Below, one piece after another: positions 7,147 to 16,440 of a stretch of 16,955 nucleotides of DNA. Origin of the DNA: an uncultured archaeon (GTDB taxonomy: Archaea > Asgardarchaeota > Heimdallarchaeia > Heimdallarchaeales > Heimdallarchaeaceae); NCBI GenBank assembly GCA_964549075.1, contig CAZJUB010000057.1, positions 1-16,955 of the forward strand. Reading direction: 5' to 3'. The number at the start of each line of letters is the position of its first letter. The first letter of the stretch is position 1. The notes beneath the pieces were generated by a model. That model was not told the origin of the DNA. It made no database searches and saw only the letters and a program-made list of their open reading frames with translations. The translations under genes and the position numbers were made by a program.

Positions 7147-10100
7147 TTGTTTGATATGGACTATGCAGATTTAGTAAGAACGGATCTTCCACCTTGTGTC
7201 TTAATAAAGCAATTTCTTGACTCAGAAAAAATAGTTAAATCAAGGACTTTTCCAGTATTTGTTGGTTATTTGGATGAAGTTATTGAGATAGCTAGAACCT
7301 GTTTCATTACAGAAGAAAATACTGAACAGCTTAAGTCATATTTTGAACATTTAGAAAGAGAAATAGAAGAGAATAAGAGTCGGGATAATTCTGAAGAAGT
7401 ATCTTTAGAAGGATGTATATTAATTAATGAATTCGTTGAAAGGTTTCCATCTCTAAAATATGCTTTTATGGGAGCACATTATAGGTTTCGAGCTAAAGAG
7501 AACGAAGAAGTATCCTTTGATATATCAGTCGTAGGATTGCACCCTGTTCAACATATTTCGATAGATGCTTACGAAGATTATGAAGCAATTCAATCAGAAA
7601 TTGTCTCACAAGCTAAGTTAAAACTTAAATCAGCTGAATTCTTCAAAGAAGCTCAAGGGACAAATCTGATGTATCGTATGGAGAAGGCATTTGGGAAAGA
7701 TTCTCTATTTGGTTATATAGCACGAAGAAACATATCAGAGAGTACTAGAGAAAAAGAGAGAGAGAATAAAGTAATCCAACCATTAATAAATGAATTAGAA
7801 AAAGTTGTAGAGGAAAATAAGGTCATATTGAATAAAATCCCTTATACAGAAATCCTACTAACTTATGATAAGAACACGAAAAGAGGAGGGTTTAATTTCC
7901 CAAAAGGTAGAATAGACCTTGATAATCTAATCTATTATGACGGAGAGATAGATTACAAAAAGATAGATGAATGGGGGATCTCAAATAATTACACCAAAAC
8001 CGAAGAAACAATTGTTCGATTTCTTACTAAAATTGACCAAGAGATTAATAACAAAAACATAGCACTTTCAGTCATATACTTACTCCTACAAATCTACAAT
8101 AAACGTGAATTTAATGAAAAGAGACCTATGGGAGGGATTCCAAGTTTCTATTATGAACCAGCTGCATTATTAGGACAAGGCTTTCAAGATTTTAGAAAAA
8201 GTATTCAAATTACAGAATCTCTCTATTCAAAGTACCATCTCAAATATTTGGATGATTTGTTTAAGAAAACCTTTGAGATATTTAATTCAGCATTTAGAAA
8301 CTTGATAGGTCACGCATATTGGATTAGTCAATATGAAGAACCTTTTTACGAAGAAGTAGTAGATGTATTTTTGGCACTTCTAATCTCAAGATGGTTAATA
8401 ATCTATAATCCAGAAAGAATAAAAGAAGTGTTCCAATTATTAAGAGAATTCTTTAAAAAATTCTTTGTGTTTAAACAACTTGATGAAAGAGTATCTCAAT
8501 ATCTAAAAGCTTTATTCAAGTATAAATTAACCGAATTTGTTCAAGATAATAGAATCTTGAGTGATTTGTTTGAGAAAAAAAGAGAAGAAACCTATGTCTT
8601 TGAAGAGGATATAAACACACTAATTGGAGAAATACAAAACAAAAACACTTTCCTTGAATGTAAAGACTTCCTTAATCACATTTTTACTTCAAATGAAGTT
8701 ACTCTTCGTTCATTCATTTATAGATTAATGGAAGAATGGGAAGAAGATGTAGCCAACTATGCTTTCACAGAAATGATTAGAAGAAACTGGTTCCCAGAAA
8801 CACTAGAAGAACAGATAACTTACAATCTAAGGATTGGTAATTGGGAAGAATTATGTAAAATTGAAGATGAACAAGCGATAAAACATCTTAGGAAAAAATT
8901 GCTAGAAAGAGATGCAAAAGAATCATTCAATATTTATTATAATCGTGACAAAAGAGAGATATTATCTCAGCTTGCTGAAAATAAACTAGCTATTGACCTT
9001 TTTATAGAGATTGCTGATAATGAGGATATAGAACTTAGCTCAACAAGTATATATTCTTTGCAAGAAATAGCACTTAAAGGTAATAAAAAAGCCCTTGACT
9101 ATTTCCTTTCTAAAAAAATAAAGCATCTTACAGATTCTAATGAAGCACCTATTATTTTCTCAATTGGAGAATTAGCTAAAAATGGCAATAAAAAGGCAAT
9201 TGACTTTATTATTGAGTATTCTAAGTTCTTCTTTCAAGAAAAATTATCAGATCTTCAGGTTAGTATTCGAGCAAATCTAATAGAATCAACAAATTTCTTC
9301 AACAAGTTAATTGATTTAATGTTTTGTCTAGATTCTGATGAGATTATTGATTTATTGGTTGAACAAGCTAGAATTGAGAATCCTTTTCAAAGTACTATTC
9401 TGGGAAGACTCTCAGATATCAAAGATAAAAGAGTTGAGAAGTTATTTTTAGATATATATAGAGGTGATTTCACTATCGATTCAAAGAAGATTGTTGCGAA
9501 AGAAATAGGAAAGAAATATGTCAATCATGCAATAACTCTATCAGAAAAAATCATTCTAGAATCTGAATTCTTCACTAATTTTTACAAGGAGGGAAGAGAT
9601 AGAAAAACTCCGAAAGAACTAGTAAATGAGATGTATAGTGATGAACAATCAAAAGAAGATTTTTATCTCCTAAATGAACTAATACAAGGATTAGCTGAAA
9701 ATGGAAGCTATAATGCTTTTGAGTATCTAACATCGCTACTACTACAGCAACATACTAGTGTTATTTGGGATTATACTAACATAGGTTCATCATATTATTC
9801 TTTTAACGAACAGAAAATCACACGTCTTTTAGACATCTATGATAAAATTCCTGAACACTTGAAGATAATTGTAGGTGGAGTTTTTGGAAGGATGTCAGAA
9901 TTACAGAGAAGTAAAAGAAAAGGAGAGATAAGAGCAATTTTAAGAGAACTTCTAGAAAAAACTAAAGGTTCATCGAGCGATTTACATTTAATGTTCGAAA
10001 AACTAATCGTCTTACATCCTCCTGAAAATCAGGATTACAGTGAATTAGAAGAAATGGTAGTAAAATTGTATAAAAACAGTAAAATTAGTATAGGGTCTTA

Positions 10101-12339
10101 TTTTTATTTTAAAATAATGAGGTCTTTTCCAGAAGACTCCAGAAAAAAGATCACCACAATTCTCAAAAAAGATGACTATCACATTTTTAAACACCCACAG
10201 CGAAGAAGAATCCATTTGATAGGTTTGAAAGAACACAATGTAAAGTTAGATGAACCTGAAGTGCTTGAGGGCGATTCAGAAAAGGAATCTACACTATTGA
10301 TAGATGACATCCTTGATTCAGAACAGAAGGAAACAATCAGACAAGAAGTTTTAGACGCATTTAGAAGTATGAGTAAAATAAATCAATTCATCGGGATAAG
10401 AACATTTCTCACTGAAGAAGATGAGATGAAACTTAAGTGGCGTGATGTAGAACAAAGATTATCCAAGAATCCAGAGGAATTTATTCAAGATTTGGAAGAG
10501 ATAATATTTAGTGAGGAAGCAGAAGTTAGACTGAGAAGAATAGCAATTCACGATTATGCTAAGCTATTTTTTGCATATAGTTTTAGTACAAGGAAAAAGG
10601 AGAGAAAGAGAAGAAGGGACAAAATATTACCACTCCTTAAACATGATAACAAGGATATAAGAGCTCAAGTAGTTTATTCTTTGATATTCAAGATAAGATT
10701 TACAGGAGGTCTAGAATTTGAGGAAATTGAAGATGAATTGATTTCTATGAAGGAGAGGTTCATAGAAGCAGTTTTTGATCAACTGAAATATGATAAGAAT
10801 CAGAGAGAGTATTTTGATAGCGAAGATTATTATATCAAACTTCTAGAAGAGGAAGCAGGACTAGAAAATTTCGATATTCTACATGAGATCATTAGAAAGA
10901 TATCGAATGAATACAAGGAAATAAAGAATGTACTTCTAAAATATCTAGATGATTCAGATGTCAGAATAAGATTACTTGCTTTCGAATTATTGATAGCTTT
11001 GGAAAAAGGCTCAGAGAAAATAAGTAAAGATTTGGAAAATGTGATTTCTAGGATGCAAACAGATACAGAAATAGAGAAAAATGAAATATTGAGAATATTA
11101 AAAACTCTAGAAGCCTTTTGGACTTTAGAAAATTTACTATCAAGTCTTCAGAGTAATGACTATTCAATTCGTAAAAAAGCTTTGAAATTAATAGAAAAAA
11201 ATAAAGATGAAAGGTTGGTGGATTTACTAATTGAAGCTTTTCATAAGGAAAATAGTCAGAAACTCCACATTATAGATTCTTTAAAAAAAATTGGTGATAA
11301 AAGAGCTATTCCGCTCTTAATTGAAGGTTTAAAAGACGAAAATAAAAGTGTAAGAACCTATTCTGCATCAGCTCTAAATCTTCTTCAAGCACATGAAGCA
11401 GTTGAACCGCTTATTGAACTTCTTGAAGATGAGGAAACTTCTGTAAGAAAAGCAGCTATTGCTTCCCTTGGAAACCTAGGTGATCAGAAAACAGCGCAAT
11501 TACTAATCCCGTTCCTTCAAGATGAGGATAGTACTGTGAGACATGCCACAGTTGTAGCCCTTGGTTCACTGGGAGATAAGAAAGCAATAGTTCCTCTAGT
11601 TAACCTTCTAAAGGAAGAACAGGATAAGCATCACAAAAGAAGTATCATAAATTCACTTGGTCGTCTAGAAGCTAGTCAAGCAATAGATTTGCTAATAGAA
11701 GAATACAAGGATACAGAATCAACTGTTAGAGTGGCTGCAATAAACGCACTGAGTAACTTTGATGACCCTCGAATTAGACCATTTCTAATAAATGCATTAA
11801 ATGATAACAGTCCAGGACCAATCAAGAGTGCAGTAGAAGCTTTAGCAAAAGAAGGAGTGGAAACATTAAAATCTCTGCTCTCTCACGAAAATGAGTATGT
11901 GGTACAACTAGCTATAGAAGAAATAGCTAAGATAAAATCTAAACCAGCAATTGAAGCATTATTAAATGTCTTGAAAAAGAAGGATTTCAAGTTAAAACAG
12001 AGTGCTATATATGCCTTAAAGGAAAATGGTGATAGTAGTATAGTTGAACCATTAATGGAGATGTTAGTAGAAGAGGGATGGTATAATCGTACAGCTATTC
12101 TAGAAACTATTGAAGAATTCAAGGATGAAAAAATAATAGAGATTGCTTATACTTCCACAATTGAAAGTTACAAGAATGAAACTGATAGTGGAACGAAACG
12201 AAGTATGATTTACTTCTTAGCAGATTTCTTGGAAGAAAGGAGTGAAGAATTTCTAAAAGAGATTCAAGAAATTGAGACAAATTCAGAATTAAAACAACTA
12301 ATTCAAGAAGAATTAGAGGAATTGGAAGAAGAGTTATAA
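7147..12339 (+). CDS. Large HEAT-repeat (PBS-lyase HEAT-like) solenoid protein with an N-terminal HEPN-like motif
   Basis: 1730 aa. Regular ~31-aa repeats from ~11125 onward (e.g. AIPLLIEGLKDENKSVRTYSASALNLL, AVEPLIELLEDEETSVRKAAIASLGNLGD) and degenerate helical repeats from ~8860. TFEIFNSAFRNLIGHAYW (R384-H389) at nt 8296-8313. Alternative start ATG 7156. Confidence 0.85.
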   Translation: MFDMDYADLVRTDLPPCVLIKQFLDSEKIVKSRTFPVFVGYLDEVIEIARTCFITEENTEQLKSYFEHLEREIEENKSRDNSEEVSLEGCILINEFVERFPSLKYAFMGAHYRFRAKENEEVSFDISVVGLHPVQHISIDAYEDYEAIQSEIVSQAKLKLKSAEFFKEAQGTNLMYRMEKAFGKDSLFGYIARRNISESTREKERENKVIQPLINELEKVVEENKVILNKIPYTEILLTYDKNTKRGGFNFPKGRIDLDNLIYYDGEIDYKKIDEWGISNNYTKTEETIVRFLTKIDQEINNKNIALSVIYLLLQIYNKREFNEKRPMGGIPSFYYEPAALLGQGFQDFRKSIQITESLYSKYHLKYLDDLFKKTFEIFNSAFRNLIGHAYWISQYEEPFYEEVVDVFLALLISRWLIIYNPERIKEVFQLLREFFKKFFVFKQLDERVSQYLKALFKYKLTEFVQDNRILSDLFEKKREETYVFEEDINTLIGEIQNKNTFLECKDFLNHIFTSNEVTLRSFIYRLMEEWEEDVANYAFTEMIRRNWFPETLEEQITYNLRIGNWEELCKIEDEQAIKHLRKKLLERDAKESFNIYYNRDKREILSQLAENKLAIDLFIEIADNEDIELSSTSIYSLQEIALKGNKKALDYFLSKKIKHLTDSNEAPIIFSIGELAKNGNKKAIDFIIEYSKFFFQEKLSDLQVSIRANLIESTNFFNKLIDLMFCLDSDEIIDLLVEQARIENPFQSTILGRLSDIKDKRVEKLFLDIYRGDFTIDSKKIVAKEIGKKYVNHAITLSEKIILESEFFTNFYKEGRDRKTPKELVNEMYSDEQSKEDFYLLNELIQGLAENGSYNAFEYLTSLLLQQHTSVIWDYTNIGSSYYSFNEQKITRLLDIYDKIPEHLKIIVGGVFGRMSELQRSKRKGEIRAILRELLEKTKGSSSDLHLMFEKLIVLHPPENQDYSELEEMVVKLYKNSKISIGSYFYFKIMRSFPEDSRKKITTILKKDDYHIFKHPQRRRIHLIGLKEHNVKLDEPEVLEGDSEKESTLLIDDILDSEQKETIRQEVLDAFRSMSKINQFIGIRTFLTEEDEMKLKWRDVEQRLSKNPEEFIQDLEEIIFSEEAEVRLRRIAIHDYAKLFFAYSFSTRKKERKRRRDKILPLLKHDNKDIRAQVVYSLIFKIRFTGGLEFEEIEDELISMKERFIEAVFDQLKYDKNQREYFDSEDYYIKLLEEEAGLENFDILHEIIRKISNEYKEIKNVLLKYLDDSDVRIRLLAFELLIALEKGSEKISKDLENVISRMQTDTEIEKNEILRILKTLEAFWTLENLLSSLQSNDYSIRKKALKLIEKNKDERLVDLLIEAFHKENSQKLHIIDSLKKIGDKRAIPLLIEGLKDENKSVRTYSASALNLLQAHEAVEPLIELLEDEETSVRKAAIASLGNLGDQKTAQLLIPFLQDEDSTVRHATVVALGSLGDKKAIVPLVNLLKEEQDKHHKRSIINSLGRLEASQAIDLLIEEYKDTESTVRVAAINALSNFDDPRIRPFLINALNDNSPGPIKSAVEALAKEGVETLKSLLSHENEYVVQLAIEEIAKIKSKPAIEALLNVLKKKDFKLKQSAIYALKENGDSSIVEPLMEMLVEEGWYNRTAILETIEEFKDEKIIEIAYTSTIESYKNETDSGTKRSMIYFLADFLEERSEEFLKEIQEIETNSELKQLIQEELEELEEEL

Positions 12340-12355
12340 ACCAGTTCTGAGAAAG

Positions 12356-15300
12356 TTGATTGACATGTTAAGAAAATTAGGGAAGAAAGAAGAACTACAA
12401 CTTACTTTGGAAGAATTATTAGAAAAGCTGAAAAATGAAAGTCCTAAAATAGGCTTGAACAAATATCTTAGTTGTCTTGAACAAGGAATTCTGAAAGAGC
12501 TTGATCTTAGTTGTCTTGAACAAAGAATTCTCGAAGAGCTTGTAGTGAATCCTTATCTATTAAGTAAAGATTTAGCTAAGAAAATTGATATAACTGAGGA
12601 GATGATTAAAAAATTATTTAAAAGTTTGAGTACTAAAGGTATTCTCTTATGTCCTTCATTAAATTATTCTACTTCAGATTATTATGAATTTTTTGCGCTT
12701 GGGATTGATAATTTGAGTGATAATAATATAGTTTTCTTTGAAAAGTATGAACTTTTTCCCAGTTCCTCTATAACTAATGGTTTTTCTTCTAAGAAGCTTA
12801 ATAATTCAGCTATATATACCGTGACAAATAAAAAGATAGTTTTTAATTCCAGAATTTTAGCTTTGAAAGTAATAACAGATATAGGTAATGTTTCAATTAG
12901 AACATTATTAAGAATGATTGCAAGATTAAAATACGAAGAGGAAAGTAGAAACTATCGACAAAACTATCGACAAAGTGTTTTTCGGTTTTCACTCTCTAAT
13001 TCAAATAAACTAGCAGGTAAAGAACTGATAAATTTACTCGTCATATCAGAAAAGGAGTTTAGCAATTTTTATGATAAAATTCCATTTATTACAATTGCAT
13101 CTTTTGAAACAATTAATAATTCAGGTAATATTAAATGGTTTACTTTTCTATCTATCTTACCTTATGATATAAATTTTATACGAAAAATCATAAATCGTTA
13201 TATAAATCTTGAAAAAAAGTTCTTTGAAATAGTTATTAATGATGAAAGAAAACAAGTTCTAAAATTAATAGAGGAATCAGTCAAACTAAGTTTTAACGAT
13301 CTAATTAGAGGGAGTCTAGACGAGAGAAATGAAGCAATAAAACAACTAGGTAAGGGATGGGAACGTTGGGAAAGCATTATTTATGTAGAAAAATATTTAC
13401 AAGAAAATCCAACCGAACATGAGGAAATTGCAAAAGCTTTCTTCAAATCACTTTTCGAAAAAAAAGACTTTCTAGATAGGGGAGTTGACAATTCTTCTAT
13501 TTTATATTCTAATATAGCTAAAAAAATTAGATCTGAAGCAATTCTAAATATTTTAGAAAAAGAAGAAAATGAGAAAATTAAGATCTGGATTATAGAATTC
13601 TTAATTAAATTAAAAATTATTAAAATTCAAGAATTCCATACTAACGAGCAGAAAGTCGCTGCATTAAATGTTCTAGGGATTCTAAAAATTCTCAAACTTC
13701 AAATAGACAAGGATAAAAACACAATCACTTCTCCTAATCTTTTATCGAATCTTGAAAATCACAAAACTGTTGAACTTATGATTAACCTGCTTAAAACTAG
13801 AGATAATGAAGTAAAAGAGAACGTAATAAGAGTTTTAGGCTTATTAGATCCAAGTGTGTTAGAAAAAATATTAGAACCTTTAATATTAACAATGTTAGAT
13901 GAAGAAGATAATAAGATCAGAAAGATGACAATAGGACTCTTGATGAAATTTAAAAGAAATGTAATGGAAACATTAATGACTTTAGTTGAGCAAGAAAGAA
14001 TAACAGAAACTGAAAAATTGATAGTTATTCATGAGCTAAAATTGTGGAATATTGCTGATATTACAAAAAAAGTATTAGAAAAAGAAATGGTTAACCCAAT
14101 AGATGCTCTTGAAGCCTTAGTTCGATTAGGTGATAAAGATTCATTACAAAAACTATATGACATTCACCCACAAAACCAATATGGTTATGGTATTTATCCA
14201 ACTCATTGGGATTTAAATGATGTTGAAAAAGCATATGAAGCTCTTGTTCGACTTGATAAAGAAGGTTTTATTGAAAATCATGAAGAAAGACTTATAGAAA
14301 GCATGAAGTATAAACTGCGGGAAGTTACAGATGATAACTCTGCTAAAGTATTGTTAGAAACCTATGTAAATCAATTGAAAGAATGCAAATCTATCAAAGC
14401 CATTTTATGTTTTCTTGATCCTGATCAATTTGATGATGAGATTAGCGTTAAAGTTTTAGCTAATTCAAATAATAAAGATATTCTTTCTGTGTTGAAACAA
14501 GAACTAACTAATGATTGGCGAACAAGAATACTTATCCAATTACTGAAAAATAAAGATAAAGATATAAGAAAAATTGCTGTAGAAACCTTGGGGAAGTTAC
14601 ACGACAATACAGCAGTAGACCCACTTATTGAAGTACTGAAGGATGAAAATGAGGAAATAAGAAAAACTGCTAGTTATGTTTTGAGGTTTTTTGGAGACAA
14701 ATGTGCAGTTGAACCATTAATCCAGACCCTAGAAGACAAAAATTCAGATGTAAGAAAACAAGCCATTGATTCTTTGGGATTTTTTAGAGATAGAAGAGCA
14801 TTAGAGCCACTTATAGAAACATTGAAGGATAAAGACCCATCAGTAAGACTGACTACTATCGATACTTTTTGGCAATTTTCAGATATAAAAATAATAAATC
14901 CACTTATCGAAGTACTGAAGGATGAAAATGAGGAGGTAAGAAAAACTGCTATTCATACTTTGGGGCTTTTCAAATACTATAGCACATCAATACCTCATAT
15001 TAAAGTACAGAAGGATGGGGAAGAAAAACTGATTGCTATCAATACTTTTGATAGTTTAAGGGATTTTCCAGATATGAAAGTTATAGATTCACTTATCAAA
15101 TCACTGAAAGATGAAAATAAAGAAGTAAGAAAAACTACTATTGGTACTTTAAAACATTTTCCAGATAAGAAAGTTATAGATTCACTTATCGAAGAACTGA
15201 AAGACGAGAACTGGGAATTAAAAATGGCTATTGCTTATGTCTTAATAGATATGTTGTGCAATTTAAGAGTAGTAGAACCATTAAGACATGCGCTAGAAGA

Positions 15301-15358
15301 TGAAACCGATTTTCAGACAATGTGGGTGATTTGCTACATACTTTATGTACTAGATTGA
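12356..15358 (+). CDS. HEAT-repeat protein with an N-terminal winged helix-turn-helix (AsnC/MarR-like)
   Basis: 1000 aa, starting 16 nt after the previous stop. LEQRILEELVVNPYLLSKDLAKKIDITEEMIKKLFKSLSTKGIL is a wHTH pattern. C-terminal repeats such as AVDPLIEVLKDENEEIRKTASYVLRFFGD. Alternative start ATG 12365. Confidence 0.85.
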   Translation: MIDMLRKLGKKEELQLTLEELLEKLKNESPKIGLNKYLSCLEQGILKELDLSCLEQRILEELVVNPYLLSKDLAKKIDITEEMIKKLFKSLSTKGILLCPSLNYSTSDYYEFFALGIDNLSDNNIVFFEKYELFPSSSITNGFSSKKLNNSAIYTVTNKKIVFNSRILALKVITDIGNVSIRTLLRMIARLKYEEESRNYRQNYRQSVFRFSLSNSNKLAGKELINLLVISEKEFSNFYDKIPFITIASFETINNSGNIKWFTFLSILPYDINFIRKIINRYINLEKKFFEIVINDERKQVLKLIEESVKLSFNDLIRGSLDERNEAIKQLGKGWERWESIIYVEKYLQENPTEHEEIAKAFFKSLFEKKDFLDRGVDNSSILYSNIAKKIRSEAILNILEKEENEKIKIWIIEFLIKLKIIKIQEFHTNEQKVAALNVLGILKILKLQIDKDKNTITSPNLLSNLENHKTVELMINLLKTRDNEVKENVIRVLGLLDPSVLEKILEPLILTMLDEEDNKIRKMTIGLLMKFKRNVMETLMTLVEQERITETEKLIVIHELKLWNIADITKKVLEKEMVNPIDALEALVRLGDKDSLQKLYDIHPQNQYGYGIYPTHWDLNDVEKAYEALVRLDKEGFIENHEERLIESMKYKLREVTDDNSAKVLLETYVNQLKECKSIKAILCFLDPDQFDDEISVKVLANSNNKDILSVLKQELTNDWRTRILIQLLKNKDKDIRKIAVETLGKLHDNTAVDPLIEVLKDENEEIRKTASYVLRFFGDKCAVEPLIQTLEDKNSDVRKQAIDSLGFFRDRRALEPLIETLKDKDPSVRLTTIDTFWQFSDIKIINPLIEVLKDENEEVRKTAIHTLGLFKYYSTSIPHIKVQKDGEEKLIAINTFDSLRDFPDMKVIDSLIKSLKDENKEVRKTTIGTLKHFPDKKVIDSLIEELKDENWELKMAIAYVLIDMLCNLRVVEPLRHALEDETDFQTMWVICYILYVLD
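12465..12542 (+). repeat. 39-bp in-frame tandem duplication
   Basis: atcttagttgtcttgaacaaggaattctgaaagagcttg / atcttagttgtcttgaacaaagaattctcgaagagcttg (36/39 identical), encoding LSCLEQGILKEL / LSCLEQRILEEL. Confidence 0.95.
12949..12972 (+). repeat. 12-bp perfect tandem duplication
   Basis: aaactatcgaca x2, encoding NYRQNYRQ. Confidence 0.9.
14621..15210 (+). repeat. Recently duplicated HEAT units (93-nt periodicity)
   Basis: 14621-14672 vs 14900-14951 are 49/52 identical and 279 nt (3 x 93) apart. ttttccagata(t/a)gaaagttatagattcacttatc recurs at 15064 and 15157, 93 nt apart. Confidence 0.85.
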
Positions 15359-15487
15359 TTTTATCTTAGAGAAGAAAACTGGATGAAGTTGATTTATAGG
15401 TTAGAAAAGGGAGATACTTACCAATACTCAAAGAAGAAGCAGAGAATAATTTAGACGTAGAGTTCAAGTTTAGGTTATATCAAGTTA

Positions 15488-16300
15488 TTGCAAGATGAAA
15501 ACAGAAAACTAAGAATGTATGCAGTGCAAACGCTAGGGCAACTGGGGGATTTAAGAACTGTTAACCCACTTCTCCAAATTTTGAAAAGCGAAGACCGTTT
15601 TGTAAGTGGACATGCAGCGCTAGCATTAGGACAATTGAGAGATCTTCGATCGGTTGCTCCATTAATCCAAGTGTTGAATGATAAAAATGAAGATGTAAGA
15701 TTACGTGTTGTAGAGGCCTTAGGACAACTAGGGGATCCAAAAGCGATTGAACCACTCATTCAAGCATTGGAGGATAAAGGAAGAAAAGTAAAAGAAATCG
15801 CTTTTTCTGTATTAGTAAAATTGGGAGATCCAAATGTAGTTGATCTGTTTATCCAAAGGTTGAAGGATGAAGACAATAAGGTAAGATGGTATGCTGTGCG
15901 AGCTCTTGAACATTTAGGGAATCCGAGAGCGGTTGAACCTCTAATTCAAGCGCTTAAGGATAAAGACTTTATAGTTGTGGGTTCTGCTGCTCATGCGTTA
16001 GGACAAATAAAGGATCCAAGAGTTATTGGACCACTAATCCAAGCACTAAATGAAGATGATCGTTTTGCTGTGAGTGCTTTAGATCAGATGAGAGAACCTC
16101 AGTTTATTGAATCTTTTATTCAAGCATTGGGGAATGAGAACAAGAAGATAAGATTGTATGTTATTTCTGTGTTACAACAATTCAATGGTAAAAGAGTTAT
16201 TCTTCCTCTACAACAGGCTTTAGAAAAGGAGAAAGATAGAACTGTTAAAGAGATTATCAGAGGTACAATACAGATAATAAAACAGAATCTGAATAACTGA
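15488..16300 (+). CDS. HEAT-repeat (PBS-lyase HEAT-like) protein, repeats only; may be a 5'-truncated or split gene
   Basis: 270 aa with about eight regular units (AIEPLIQALEDK..VK..A...L..LGDP). The TTG start falls inside a repeat unit (upstream in-frame ...LGYIKL-LQDENRKLR). Same frame as 12356..15358. Confidence 0.75.
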   Translation: MQDENRKLRMYAVQTLGQLGDLRTVNPLLQILKSEDRFVSGHAALALGQLRDLRSVAPLIQVLNDKNEDVRLRVVEALGQLGDPKAIEPLIQALEDKGRKVKEIAFSVLVKLGDPNVVDLFIQRLKDEDNKVRWYAVRALEHLGNPRAVEPLIQALKDKDFIVVGSAAHALGQIKDPRVIGPLIQALNEDDRFAVSALDQMREPQFIESFIQALGNENKKIRLYVISVLQQFNGKRVILPLQQALEKEKDRTVKEIIRGTIQIIKQNLNN

Positions 16301-16440
16301 ATAGCTTTTATAGAAATTTAAAGAGAAGTGTATTGCTATGAAGAAAGAAGAGCAAGAACCTACCTATAAGGAATTCAGACATATTTTAATAACTTACTTC
16401 TCCTTACTGAATATGAAATGAAAAGATTAGTCATAAACTA

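Noticed and set aside
7147-15358. NACHT/STAND NTPase (Avs/NLR-like) assignment for the large HEAT proteins
   Set aside because: No GxxxxGK[ST] motif was found by eye in either protein.
15356-15487. Stop-codon recoding (Sec/Pyl/readthrough) joining the two in-frame HEAT ORFs
   Set aside because: It would need readthrough of one TGA and two TAGs, the intervening peptide is not HEAT-like, and TGA/TAG act as normal stops elsewhere in the window.
268-15759. Other short antisense ORFs (268..477, 599..808, 616..801, 3547..3783, 10045..10236, 11883..12122, 14425..14607, 15475..15759, 15561..15755)
   Set aside because: All lie opposite long, well-supported genes. Their Phe/Ser/Leu-rich composition is what the reverse complement of purine-rich coding DNA produces.
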